Part shown: piece by piece, positions 25,601 to 38,952 of the stretch
Layout: each line of letters opens with the position of its first letter
How positions within the stretch are numbered: the first letter of the stretch is position 1
Origin: Podospora anserina
Taxonomy: Eukaryota
Direction: 5' to 3'
DNA: 64,000 nt
NCBI GenBank assembly: GCA_017654855.1
Contig: CM030333.1
Coordinates: 682,001 to 746,000, forward strand
Made by a program: the position numbers and the translations under genes
Notes under the pieces: model-generated
Seen by the model: only the letters and a program-made list of their open reading frames with translations
Databases searched by the model: none
What the model was told of the DNA's origin: nothing

Positions 25601-26981
25601 ACAGCGCTTTCCCGGAAAATCAGATAACAGAACACATTTCTGTCTCATGGCCAATCATTTCCACAGACAGCTTTGACTGGTGAAACGGTCGTCACGCAAA
25701 AAGAAACTGGACGAAGAAGAAAACCCTTGCCCAATCCACCCACGCCAACAGCCAAGCTGCGGCGCCCGTCACGGGAGTTTGAAGATTGATTGGAAGCTCA
25801 GTACCGGGAAGGCAAGCCAGCGGCGTTGGAGGAGGGCAGCATTCACCCTCCAACAGGTTCAGCAAGTTCGAGGCCGCGTCTGCGCGACCCCGCGCCCTTT
25901 TTATTTTCAACGCGTTATTCGTCGAGCCATTGGCCAATCAGTGTTTGGGGTTTGACTGCAACAAAGTAGGAACTTTGAACTTGGTAGCGGGGTGAGTGGT
26001 GAGTGGTGAGTGGTGAGTGGTGAAGAGTTTATTACTCGAAGTTGAGGGCCAACGCGGGGACCTCGTTCAGCTCAATGGGTTTGGTCGAGGAAGACGAAGG
26101 CCAGTGTTGGGACCAGCAGGATCAGGATTTCGCAATCGAGATTTGGGAAAGTTCCCTCCCCTCATCAGTGCCCTGCCACCGAGGTTTCTTGGAGTCAAAG
26201 AGCCGAGAGGGAGGGTTTACCTGCCTCTCATCTCAACGCTCAAATGCTACGCCTCTGTTGATTACCCGGACTGACTACCCAGGCACTTGCGGTCAATGAA
26301 CCCAACCGAGCCGAAAGGCTCTCTCATCCAGTGAGACCGGTGCCGAAGTGGTATTAGCAAGACGACGGTGGGGATTTGGTTGTGTCTGATGAAGTTCGGT
26401 TCATCACCTCGCCTGCCTCGCATGCGGTTGAAGTTTTTTGCTCTCCACTAGCGAGGCTGCATAGGTTATTGCAACCACGGAACGGGTTGTGGTCAAAGTC
26501 AAAACGCAGAGGGTATATTGCTCGCTACGCTGGGTTGGACGGTCCGGTTTTTGTTTGGTTTTGTTTTGTTTTCTTCAACTGTTGTTGAGTTGTTTCTTTT
26601 CCATTGTTGCTGGGTTTCACTTTCTCCAGAAACAAAAGCTTTCTCGAGTTCGCTCGCTTATAATATGTGCTTCTGTTCTGCATCACTAGCATGCTTTTTG
26701 CTGCATGAATGGGCCTTGTGCTGCAGGATTTTCCAGTGCGGTTCTGTTGTTTCTCCCTTGTCCCTGCAGCGGCAGTGCAGTGTAGGTTTGCATAGAAGGT
26801 ACATACGCGCCGCTCCGCCGTAAGCTGTCACTTACATGCATACATGCAGTTGATGATGACTGCATGTTGTTTATGAGGGTCTGAAACGGAAAATGCGTTT
26901 TTATATATTGGATGGATGGATGGATGGATGGGTACGGGAGGGGTACTATGGGAAAGGGAAAGGGATGGTCGATTACTTGCA

Positions 26982-27033
26982 GCCGGTCCAGGTTTGTTTG
27001 TGATGCCGGTCCAGGTTTGTTTGTGATGCCGGT
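26982..27033. repeat. 23-bp tandem duplication
   Basis: GCCGGTCCAGGTTTGTTTGTGAT x2 followed by GCCGGT. Confidence 0.9.
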
Positions 27034-28169
27034 AGTTTGGGGGGTTGGTGCTTGGCCGATGGAATCGTCTTCGAATGACTTTGAACGATGATGTCAGGAG
27101 AATATCATGTCATGTCTCAGGATTTAATAGCCATGAGGGTTGGGAAGTAGAGACGAGTGTTTTCTGTGAGACCATGAGACTACTTCCATGAGACCGGAGG
27201 TTTTACACCTCAGCTTACAAGGGTGATAAGTATCACCGGTCTCTCGGCCCGTGATGGCAACATATCGGAGTGAAGCGACAGTCGCTTGATCTCGTGATCT
27301 ATCTACCTGCTACAAGCGCACACCACCGGACAAGTGCCTGGGATGGTAGGTAGAGTTGAAACGAGACAGCCGAGACATAACTCCAGGTACCCGTGGAAAG
27401 CAAGAAATGTTCTCCTTCTGCGCCACAAGGTTGGTTTGTGGGCCGAGACATGACGGACAGAGAAATGCTTCGTCCGGCTCTGTCCGGTGGGGGCATGATT
27501 TTGGTGTCTTTTGCGTCAACACTGGACATATGGCGTGGTGAACCTAGCTCAGGAGACCAGAAGCGATACCTGCTGTTTAATGATTAGAAAACAAACAGTC
27601 TGTCTCTGTGGCTGTCGTGTATCGGGATCAATCTCGCTTGCGTCGCTTGAGAAGGTTGAGATCAACTTTGCCGTCACCTGGTAAGGGGGAAATAGGGAGG
27701 GATGTTGTGGTGGATTACGAGAAAAGGAAGGATGGAGGCTATGGTTGAGTCGAGATGGGTTCTGGCATCTGGGTCCCGCGATGCTGTTAAAATCTTATGA
27801 ATGATAGGGAGGGGTTATAGTTTTGAGACTGAGAGCGGTTGGAAGACTGAAGGAATTCCAGGGAGTGTGTAGTAGGTGAGAGTGGTGAAAGCATAACCCA
27901 GGAAGTTGAAGAGGAAGGGATGGGACTCTGGGGGAGAAGAAATAAAAGCAGCAAGGCAAAGTTACCTTGGAATACATACCTGAAGGTCGTGCTGGCACAT
28001 CCTCCTGAACCTAATAACCACTAATGTGAGCAACCAGTATGAGATTTCCTCTGATGATGAACCGAGATAGGTATAAACTTGAAGTCGAGTACAAGCTATT
28101 GACTCATACAAAAGATACACATGGAAACTCTCATTGTTAGTCCTCCACACACCAGGTACCTAGATAACT

Positions 28170-30600
28170 CAGGTAGGTAAGTAAGGTACCTTGAGCTGTA
28201 CCAATAGGAACAGCAGGACTTGCTCAATATTCTCCATCAACAAGTCTCGTAATGACCTTCTTGCTTACTATATTGGTTGATGTTCCTTCCAAACTCTACA
28301 GCTCCCTGGCGTGTTTCTGTTTTGCATCACCGTAGGCCCTGAACCATCCTAACGTACCTCCTATGAACATGTGTTCCAAGTGAACTGAAAGGCCAAGATG
28401 ACCTTTGCCTGCTGAAGCGGCAAGCTACGTGGCTTGTTTACTTTTTATTGTGATGAAATAATAGTGAACATAAGGTAATCTTTGACCTCAACACATTCAA
28501 TCTCGTCAGCGAGAAGCCTTACAATAAACGACATTTCTGTGTCTTTTTCCACAATCACATCCTCATACCTTTCTACAAATGCTTCTAGAAACACAATGGC
28601 TACATGCCGTATTCGACACTCTATGTCTTCTGCACAGTCATCTTATGCTTTGAGTAGATCCACATGTGGTTTCCCCCACTGCATATAAGACGACATCATT
28701 AGTCACTACGGGTGCTTCTTATATGTTCTTATGTGTACCGGCTGACTGGTTCTCGACCTAATTCAGAGAACAGAGTTCACTGCCATATCAAACCTCGCAC
28801 ACCTTTGGCAAAAGCTTTACTCTGACAATGAAGCTGGTCTCGGAAAGCTAGCTTTCTGCTCAGTTTACATCATCATTATGGGAATTAGGGCCCCGAAAAA
28901 GATTCAATAGGCTTTCAAAGATAGTTGAGGTAGTTGATAGGCCCATCAAAATTCGGCCCTAGCTAGCATGCCTCCAGGGATAGCCAACAGGCTTTCAGAG
29001 GAGCTGAGAGGAATGACCGTCATCCTCTGCAGTCTTTTCCCATCGTAGTTGTCCATCATTACACCCATAATGTGGTCACGTCGATAGAGTATCCATTCAA
29101 CAACTGGTGTCATATATCCGGATCACTATTGAGCTTGAATGGGGGAACAAGTACATAGCCTTCCTCATGGTCAGCGAAGAACTGGATAAGATAAATGTTT
29201 CGGTCTCTAATATTATCTCCAATTTTAGTAATCTAACTGTAAAGCCTTTATCAGGCGCCAGAAGACAAGGGAATGTACGCTCAGAGTTCCAGACAGATAC
29301 CTTATATTGCATATAATAACAGTTATTGGAACAGACCGTCTTCCGAGTTTTTTTGCAGCACAAATCAGTAACCGCAGACGGTGGGTGTTGGAGGCATGGA
29401 GAGAAGCAGATCTCTTACATCATACTTTTACCCAGTTTGATAGCTTTGTTATCCTTGATAATATGGCTTTGATTCAGGCAGAGTTAAACCTCGATCTTAC
29501 GGTGTCTCTGTTGTGCTAGTTCTTAGTTGTTCCAAATCTTGGGCGTGTTGAGAGGCTTCAGAAGTCTTTGAACTCTTCTGTTATGTACCTACTACCTACA
29601 CTTACCAACTGACTTATAACCTTGTCTCGCCTCTAGTACCTACCGCATGAAGCCGGTGAGCAATGAGAAGCCCATCCCATTTTCCGGATTAGTCTGCCCA
29701 ACTCAGCCATGCACATTAAAGTGTCCTGGCAACATGATAACTCCAAAGACTACCAGGCCCCGACTTCGGACCAGACTGGTTAAGATGCCATCAGCCCGAG
29801 AGATGGATTTACCATCGGTGAAATTCTCTAAATTACCTTATATATGCCGGTCGATCTCAGACCCAATGCCCGGCACCCTCCCATCATGCGAACATAGAGT
29901 CGGTATCCCAACAATTACATGGTCGATGTCCTAGTATAGACATGAAGACGGAGTGTACTGACACCCGCGATGGACTTTTCCTATCTCGTTTATCACACTG
30001 CTCCTGCCACTGTCTCAACCCAGCTCATCAGTCCTCCTACCTTCGTGAAGCGCCCAGCTGGGCCAGTCCAACTTAGGTCGCAAGACGGGAGCTAAAAACG
30101 GCGGCTTATCCATCTCGATATCAAGATCGTCCTCGAAAGGATCGCGGTCCGCTGTGCCTTTCCCTAGACTTCCCGTCTGTCCGCCTCATCTACTTGTAAG
30201 CAAGACATCCCCGGTCCAACTGCATTGCTCTTTATCTCTCTGCTTGGTCCTCAAGAGTCAAAGCGTGCATACTTTCATCATGTCCTTGCCCTGAAAGTTG
30301 TTAGATATCACCAATCCTCCCGTCTTGGCCATGCCACCCCCATCTGTCCGGAAGGAACTGCTGTTGTAACTGACCGGTAAGGTGAGCTGGAGGACCCTGA
30401 AGGATAAGGGAAGCGAGGATAAGGGTTGGTATACGGGCCTACCTTAGTTAACTAGGACTCTTTAACCAAGTCAGGAAAGGTAATGGTATCAATGGGATAT
30501 CTATAGCCCGGTATGCGTTGATAAGGACCTAGCAAGGTGAGGCGTTCACGTTCGCTTAACCTTACCAAGATCGCAACTCCTCCCCCATCTTTCCCACTTG
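28170..30600. pseudogene. AT-richer, possibly RIP-decayed gene or transposon relic of unidentified family
   Basis: Visibly more TA-rich than the flanks; protein-like stretches on the minus strand interrupted by stops; no intact ORF. Confidence 0.3.
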
Positions 30601-33600
30601 CGATGAAACGAAACATCTGCGCCATCACACCGGTCGAGATATTGAGGGAAAATAATCAAATGTTGATAATGAAAAACTAATGGCGCAAGAAACGTGAAAA
30701 AAGAGCACACAATTCAGCTTGACAAAACCTTGGGTAGCCTTCCACCACCCGCGAACGTGGGGGCTTGTCGAGGAAGCACCTTCTCAAAATCATCACGAAA
30801 CTTCCGTGCCTTCCTACACCATCCAGCCAAACCCGCACGTGGACGATAAGATTCTTCACTTTTGGTGTGTATCGTGCCCTGCCCTGATGATTGTGACGAA
30901 ATTGTTCCTGTTCCTGCCCAACGCTTTCAAACATCCCACATGAGAGAGTCAACACCCTCGGTGACCGCGTCAGGCAGGTCACCTTGGGTAGTCCCTTGGG
31001 TAAATCACATCCCAATCTTTTTTACCTGTCAGGTACCGAAATGATGCCATCCCAAATGTTCCCTCTCTCTCTCTCTCTCTCTCCCCCCCCAAAAAAATAT
31101 GATCTTGCATCGATCCCTCATTCCCCAAAAAGCCTTGCTGGCGGCGCATCACCAACCTCCCGGAATTTCCCAAGTTCCCAAATATCCCCCCCCAAAAAGT
31201 GGACACCCGGCACTTGCCCACAACCAACCGGACACTCCCCCGGAATCCCTCCTCGACGTTGAAAGTGGATTTTCTTTCTGGCTACCAAAAAAATCTAAAA
31301 GTAAGCACCCTGATGGCCTGGCCTGCCTTCTTTCTCTTTTCTGACACAACCCATGTGGAAACACAAGAGGTTGGCGGGGGGAGCGGGCTCCATAGCACGG
31401 TACTGTATTGAACTTTTGTGTAGCGCTATGGGGAATCTTTGACATAGATATTCCAGCGGTGAGGCACCGGTCTCCAGAGACAGGACGAATTAAAAATCTT
31501 TACGGAGTAATGAACGGAGCACCCCAGCACGGAGCGAATCCCGGTGGTTCGGGATTTTTCTCTTCAAGCCCGAGGATTTTCATTAACGGGGGGCCATGGA
31601 AAAGGGGAAGATCAGATAATTAGGTTGGGACCTTCCGGATGTGTTCAAGGGGCCGGGAGGCCGGTGGTCCCGCCCCCCCGGGGACCGGAGAGGGATACCC
31701 GGAGTGGATGTTTGGGAGTTTGCTGGGTCAGTGGAGTTTTTTAGTTGTTGAAAAAGTTCGGAGGTGTCGGTATCGACTGATGATAATACCTGTTGAATGA
31801 TTTGAAGGAATAAGATCCATGGTCGAAGAAAAAGGGGATATGGAGACAGGAAAAGAGAGAGGGTAACATTCAATCTTGGCTCTTTTGCGTGCATCTCGGC
31901 CCAGAGAGAAAAGAGGTGATCAGCAACTTTTTTGGCACTGACATTTACAAGGGTCTCTCCGTCCTTCAACGGTCTTGATGCCGTTACCGACCCTCCACTT
32001 TGATATGCCAACAGCTGTCTTACTTTCTCACCCAACCCTTCTTGTGAAGGTATACCGATTTAGCCGGGCTGGCTGGTGCTGCAGTTCGTTGACCGGTCAA
32101 TGCAAGCCCATCTTTGCCGCTCATTGGTAAAAGAGGAATAAAATAAAATAAAAGGTTAGTTTTCGATAGTCCATCGCCAATTTTTTTTGGCATCTGGATC
32201 TCTATTGACCGACCAACCAACCTACGTGTCTCCCCACGATGTGTGTTGTCTCTGTAGGTCCAGATTCGACATCACCTTTCTCAGATTTGACACCGTCCAG
32301 TTAGATTATCGCCAGAGCAGTCAGATGGTGTCAATGTCTCAGCTGTAAAAGACCCTTTTGGGGAGATATCAAGACAGCACCCAAGCTGGACTCCTGGCGT
32401 ACCGTACCCGTCATCAGCACGTCAACGTCAAACCTCCCTTGATTGAGGCTTTCAGCAGCCACGGCGCCAAGCTGCCAACTTTTTTGACGACCGACTGCCA
32501 TCTCCTTTCCATCCCATCCCTTTCCCTCCTCCAAGAAAGTAAAAGATCAACCATAAAACTACTCCGTCTTACTCCTCCGCAGCCAAGCAAGCAATCCACC
32601 CGTTCACCTGAAATTTTGGAACCAGCAGGAACAAGGTTACATTTTTGTTCTGGCGCTTTCGAAAGTCTCTCGAGATTGATTATCTGTGCGTAAAAACGGT
32701 GGGGCAGCTAAGGGAGCTTGGGCCACATCGCATCATGGCGTGTGTGTGCACGAACCCCACTATACTCAAGTCTTGGAAGGTGCTTCCGAGGTGAGGTGAG
32801 AAAGCTCACCTTCGGAGCGTTACATTTTGAATGTGATTTTTTATTCTGATCTTTGTCGAGGTTTGAACGTTGCTATCGACATATCGTGGTGGTGCTCACT
32901 TTGCTCACCGTGTTCTCAGCGTTAGAGCTTGATAGTTGGTGTATTGAGTACGATACCTTGTCATCCCCAGCCTCCCTACTCTCCTTGGATCTAGAGTGAA
33001 CAACGCATACATACATACATACATACATCCATCCATCGCCCTTGGTACAAAGTACGTAAACTCCCTCGATTCTTTGTCGATGGGTTCGGGTTCGGATCCG
33101 GAATAAACCCACCGAACAACAACACGACATAGGCACATACGACAGAGAGAGCCGGTATTTGCGGGTGATAGTCCCGAAGAGTACCGGCAAACAACGTCGT
33201 AGAGAGCCATACTTCAAAGCTGTTTGGAAATCGCCCTGTTTGTGTTCTGCATATTCGAGGGTCCGTGAACGGAGCATTCAGACATGGGTTGGCAAATCCC
33301 ATTTGGATGGACCTGTTTGGGAGATTCGGATGGAAGCTCACAGCACAATAGGCACATGTAAATTGTTTGTTTTAACTTCTTCATTTTGCTTCCTTGCTAC
33401 TACTATCTTGGGGTATTCTTGAGCTATGCAACTACTTAGCAGGTAAAAGGGTAAGGTGGGATGATGTGTGGTAAAAGGCAAGGCAGGCCCCAAGAATTGG
33501 CAGAGGGGAAAGGGAGAAAGAAAAAAGCATCACCACCTCCGTCGCCATCGCCGTCTTTTTAGATCATCGTGATTCCATGTCCGTCGTGTCATTCATCTGC

Positions 33601-34398
33601 TGTTGCCCCAATGTGCCTCGCTCTTCTTCCCCTCCCATCTCGCTCTCTCTCTCCCTCTCTCTCTCTCTTCTTCGTAGCAAACCCAGTCGCCTGCCCTTCT
33701 TCTTCCCCAATTTTTGTGTCATTGCCCCCTTCCATTTTTACCAAAGAAATGATTTGATCCTGTAGGCCCTGAAAAATGCAGGTATTACACCACCTATCCC
33801 TCCCCCAAACTGTGGCCTAGAATCCAATGCCTCCCAGATCATCCTTTCATCATCAATGCCTCGGGTTGAATAGACATACGCTCCCTCCTTGATGACTCCG
33901 TAAATAAAGCAACTGCAGCGGCTTGCCCGAAAAAAGAGATATTCTCAAGATTTGGTTTGGCGATAAAAAAGAGAATGAACCCGCACCTCTCCCCCCACAC
34001 CCTCTCCCCCTTTGTCGAAAGAAACGAAATGGATATTTACGCCCCAATGATGCCCTCTTTTGATTTAATGCGCCATTCGCCGTGTCGGTGAAATGGGTAA
34101 TGGTTGAATTCGATTGCTGCGGGAAATGGTTGTCGAAAATTGAGCAACAAGATGCCGAGGAATTCGGAAAGAAGAGATAAAGACGACGAATCGCAAGCTG
34201 CCAAAATTAAAATCCAGATGCATATTAGTTTTCGTAAAAAAAGCTTTGCGAAAAAAATGGCCAGCGTGCATATCGAGCCCAAAATTTCGCGCAAACCCGG
34301 CTGCCAAGAACACGGGGGTGTTGTGTATTCAAGACGTCGGTTGCCAGAAGGGAGAATATGACTGAGTGGCGGCGAGGCGAGGGACCGAAGGAAGCCGC

Positions 34399-35178
34399 TC
34401 ATAATATGACACACCCCCTGCGGCGCTCGCTTTGTGTGCGTCGGTATCGGCTTTCCTTGGACTGGATGGTCGAATCGGCCCTCCTTGATTCGTACTTGCT
34501 GCTGCCGGTTGGCGAGAGGGGCTGGGAAGCGGCCTGGCGCTGTCTCCGGAGAATTCTAACCACATCGTAAAAGGCCTTGTCCACGTTGATATAGTTCTTG
34601 GCCGACGCCTCGACAAACTCGCATCCCAACTCGCGCGCCAGAGCGTGCCCTTCCTGTGTAGATACCTCGCGTTCCGCAATACGGTCGCTCTTGTTCCCCA
34701 CAAGCATGATTGGCACGGGTGCCGCCGGGTTAGCCGCCGAGATAGGTGACCCTGGGTATGAAGGCGACGAGGCCGTCGACTCTTTTACTCTTTGGATCTG
34801 GCGGTGGAACCTCTTGATGCGCGTGAAGGACGAGCGGGACGAGATGCTGTACACTAGGATAAAGCCCTCGCCGTCTCGGATCCACTGGTCTCGCAGCGCT
34901 GTGTACTCTTCCTGCCCCGCCGTGTCCAACACCTCGAGCATGCAGGCTTGGTTGTCAATTACGGCTTGCTTTCGGTACGAGTCCTCAATAGTAGGGTCAT
35001 ACTAGGAAGGGAAGATTATAGGTTAGTCCAAGATGGCACAAGGGAGGGGGAACAAGACAAAAACAAAACATACTGTCTCGACGAAGTGTTGCAAGCAGAG
35101 TTGGATAGTAAGAGCGGTCTTCCCCACGCCACCGTCCCCCAGCACCACCAGTTTGTATAGTACCATTTTGCCCGCCAT
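34399..35178 (-). CDS. ras2: Ras-2 small GTPase
   Basis: [21 protein letters not shown]; intron 35002-35073; [36 protein letters not shown]-terminal CAAX CVIL. Confidence 0.97.
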
Positions 35179-38100
35179 TGTTGCGAATGTAGTATTGGGA
35201 TGTAGTCGTGGTTAGCAGAGTTCTCGGGGGTGGTGCGAGGCTATCGAACGAGAAGGGGATGCGTGGGTGGAAACGGAGCAAGGCTGGGTGGGTTTGGTGG
35301 TGCGATGGATTTTGGCGGAAGAGAAGTGCACCGGCACCGGGCGGAGCTAGTCGCGCAGCTTAGAACTGGGCCGATGGAGAGGGGCGACCGACGGGAGAGA
35401 CGCAGCACTAAAGGCACGGAAAACAAGGACTCGAGAAGAGGTCGTTGCCACGGTAGGTAGTTGACGGGGATTGGTGCGTGCGTTACGGATGATGGTGGTG
35501 TAGTAAGTGCGTGCGTGCGCTGCGTTGCCTGAGAGTTCGGGTGGTGGTTGTGGTGAAGGGTAGATGGTAGGTAGGTAGTGAAGTACGCAGTGGATAGTGA
35601 AGCAAGTGTATACGAAGAGGTAGATAGATGCTCCGGCTCGGGACGGCAAAAAAACGCAGGCGGGGAAAGTCTTTTCAAAGACAAGAACTCGAGTGTGCAG
35701 TTGGGAGAAGAGAGGATAGATACCAGCAGCTACGGGTAACAGGACGGCGGTGGGCTGGCAGTGTTGAGTATGGAGCACCGAGCAATAGAATAGGGAGGGC
35801 GGCGGTGGAGCAAAAAGTATTGGAGTTCTCTGGTGGACAGATGCGGGCGGAAGTGGGCGGCTTTGCTTTTTTGGAGTCCCCTAACGCTTTAGGGTGGGAT
35901 GGCTCGATGGGATATCGGGACCAACTCTTTGGCCACCCTGGACACTCGCGGCTGGAGGCTTCAGATCCGCGTGGTAAGGTCCCGGGTCTGAGAGAGAGAT
36001 AAATCTTGATCTTGAAAAGACAAAAAGATTATTTTTCTACCGAGTTCTTCTGAGGCCGCGGGCAATCGGGGAAGTTTTGATGGAAACCGGCATGGGGTAG
36101 CAGTAATACCCCTCAAGAACAGCTTAATAAGAAAATCACAAGCAACCTGGAACCTCTCTCTCCAAATACCTGGAGGTTCCAGATCACCACACTGCCTTGG
36201 GCAATACCTGTCAACAAAGACTCAGTGGCCTGACCCCATATCCCATGGGCCCCATGATGGACAACCAGCATATGAGGGACCTGGATATCTCGCCAAACAA
36301 GTACATCCGGCGGGTCCGTTGAGCTGAGGCTGGGAAAGGTAAACAAAGGTAAACTGGACCTTTCCTCTCCTACCCGACCTTAACTCAATCCATTCACGGC
36401 ACACAGTCCTGATGTTGGAGGACCGAGATTCAATGTCAGTGACCTCTCTGAGGTGCAGACGCAGGTGCCTCGGACTGGCACGAGCGCACTCCCGCCTACC
36501 ACTAGAGTGCCCCACTCTCCACCACTGGCTGCCCGCAAGGCGAGCGGTCCTGTCTTCGCTCGACCGCCTGGGCCAGGCCTGTGTTCCGATGCAAGACAGA
36601 TTGCAGAACATGACATCTCGCCAAGAACCGTCAGACAGACCTCACCCCGAGAACTCTCGCCCTTGGCTGGCCGGCATTCGCAATTGCTAAGCCGGGCCGG
36701 CATCAGGGCTAAAGACGTTAGACATATGCCAATCCCCCCCCCCATTACCAGCCGGGGACAAAGTGTGGGTAAAACAGTCGTGAGATTCAAACTTCTTAGG
36801 AATACAACAGCCCGGATGCTGGTGCCGACCCGTTGGCGCAACATGCTGCGGCCCTCAACCTTCCCTTCCTGCGGCCAGCACAGCATTGCCGTGGCCTCGA
36901 GTCTGCAGGGCAGCAGAGCATAGAGCACCTCGGCAGCTTCAACTTGTCAGCCTCTCGCTCGCTATCGAGGTGTGTAAGCTTGCAGATGCAGATGACCAGG
37001 CGGTTGCCCGCAGCCCCGACCCATGCAATCCAATGTATTGGATACTTTGACGGCGGGATGATTGCGGGACAACCTCTCTCCTCACTCACTACATTCTCCA
37101 GGTCTCTGGAACAAAACCGGTACTCTCAACCAATCCCCAACATGGAATCCGTGCCGCTTTGTCTTCTTTTCCCCCTCCAATTGGGTTGCCACCGACATCG
37201 GGTTCTCTTGCGAGCAGACAAGTCCAGACGATTAGCCGCGCTCTACGGCTGTGTCGACGAATCTTGCGGCAAGCAAACGGTTGAGATCGATCCGAGGTTG
37301 GCGCCCATAAGTTTGTGACTTTTGCAACAAAGAACGGCAAGATCGCCGGGACGACACGGTGGTCACGGCGATCTCACGTCTACCTCTACGGCGGCCTTTA
37401 TACGGACCGTGACACCCCCATACCTAACAGCAGCCGGTCTCGTCGCTCGGCCCGGGAGAAAGCCCTTTCGCCCAGGGCTGTCCGCGTGTACATGCCTCGG
37501 GGCGGCAACATGTCCAGACAGACACGAGATCGTGGCACAAAACAAATAGATTGCCAACTTACAGCGGTAAGCTCCCTCCCCGCTTCCCTAGCTTCGATTC
37601 CATGCAGACAGCGGAACTATGCGGCGTCGAACTATCTGCATCTACACTGCTGCTTCCCCGTCACACACTCTATCCCACGTGCAGCCTGCTTGTTCAAACG
37701 GGGCCATCATCCGCTGCTGTCGGGTGGGCTTTCCCTCAATAAATGTGTGGGCCTTTCTATCAAGTCTAACGCCTCCTGCTGTACGTCTGTACACTCACGA
37801 TAATCGGTCTACCCTGTTGCAGGACGACCAAGTGTAACACTAAGTGCAGATGGCGGGAGCCTCTTTGGATACTTTGCTTTGCCCCAGATTCCTGAGCATT
37901 GGGCTCTGATTTCTTTGAGACTGAATTCTGCTAACTGTTGTTGAATGAGAGCTGTCAGTATGTTTGTCCTCACGAGTATCATATATGACATATCCCTCCC
38001 CAACCAAACAAGGATATATCCCTCCTTGGGTAGCTCACGGGACCAGCTGTTAATGCGGGGACGCATAAATCAAGAGTCCATCGTCTCAGGGGCTGGCCTG

Positions 38101-38187
38101 TGAGCCTGTGATCCGACATGGGAGCTCCCGACGAGCCGCTTTTAGCACAGTACAACGCCGTCTGTCATATCACATCCCACATCACTT

Positions 38188-38952
38188 TTACTCTTCCTCC
38201 CCAACCAACCTATTCGCCACCTCCTCCAACCCACCCTTTCCGTCGTCAAGCCCAACCCAGAGATCCACCCACTCTTTTGCTTTCTCGTATCTCTCCTCGT
38301 CGAGACCCCATCTCTCTTCGTCTGGACGCTCGACGTAGACGGTTTTGAAGCTAAGTTTGTGTGCGGCGGCTAGATCTCCTAGGTGAGCTGCCGCCATGGC
38401 CACTTCTTTTGGCTCCAGGCCTAGCTTTTGGCATGCTCCGAGGTAGACGCTCGGGTGAGGTTTGTAAGCTTTGAAGTCCTCCGAGGAGCAAATCTCGTCA
38501 TATCCCAGGTGGCCGTTTCTGTTCAGATCCTCCAAGCATGACTTGTTCCCGTCAGATAACATGGCCGTCTTGAACCTCTTTCTCAGTCTGGCGATCCCGG
38601 CAGCGGAATCGGGCCATGGTGTGAGCTCGTGCCAGGTTTGGACTAGGAGCTCGATTTGGGAGGGGGAGAAGGTGTCGGGGGGGAGGGAGAATTCGGTGAG
38701 GAGGGCGGGGAGGGAGTCACGGTGGTGGGAGTCGGTTGTTTTAAAGGGATTGGAAGGGGAGGGGAGGTAGGAGCCGCAGAACTTGCCGTGGGAGAGGCGC
38801 CATTTGACGGCGAAGAGGGGCCAGTCTACTTCTTTGAAGGCTGGAGGGGCTAGAGTACGGAGGGTGGAGATGATGTGAGGGCGCCAGTTTACTACTGTGC
38901 CGAAGATGTCGAAGGTGAGGGCTTTGACGCCGGTGAGGGAGGGGTCGGGCAT
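38188..38952 (-). CDS. Haloacid dehalogenase type II-like hydrolase
   Basis: KALTFDIFGTVVNW, WHELTPWPD, YKPHPSVY and AAHLGDL motifs. Start placed at MPDPS (38952), not the longer ORF start. Confidence 0.92.
   Translation of the reverse strand: MPDPSLTGVKALTFDIFGTVVNWRPHIISTLRTLAPPAFKEVDWPLFAVKWRLSHGKFCGSYLPSPSNPFKTTDSHHRDSLPALLTEFSLPPDTFSPSQIELLVQTWHELTPWPDSAAGIARLRKRFKTAMLSDGNKSCLEDLNRNGHLGYDEICSSEDFKAYKPHPSVYLGACQKLGLEPKEVAMAAAHLGDLAAAHKLSFKTVYVERPDEERWGLDEERYEKAKEWVDLWVGLDDGKGGLEEVANRLVGEEE

Noticed and set aside
26982..27033. 23-bp and 21-bp (3237) direct repeats as CRISPR-like arrays
   Set aside because: Adjacent duplications without spacers in eukaryotic DNA.
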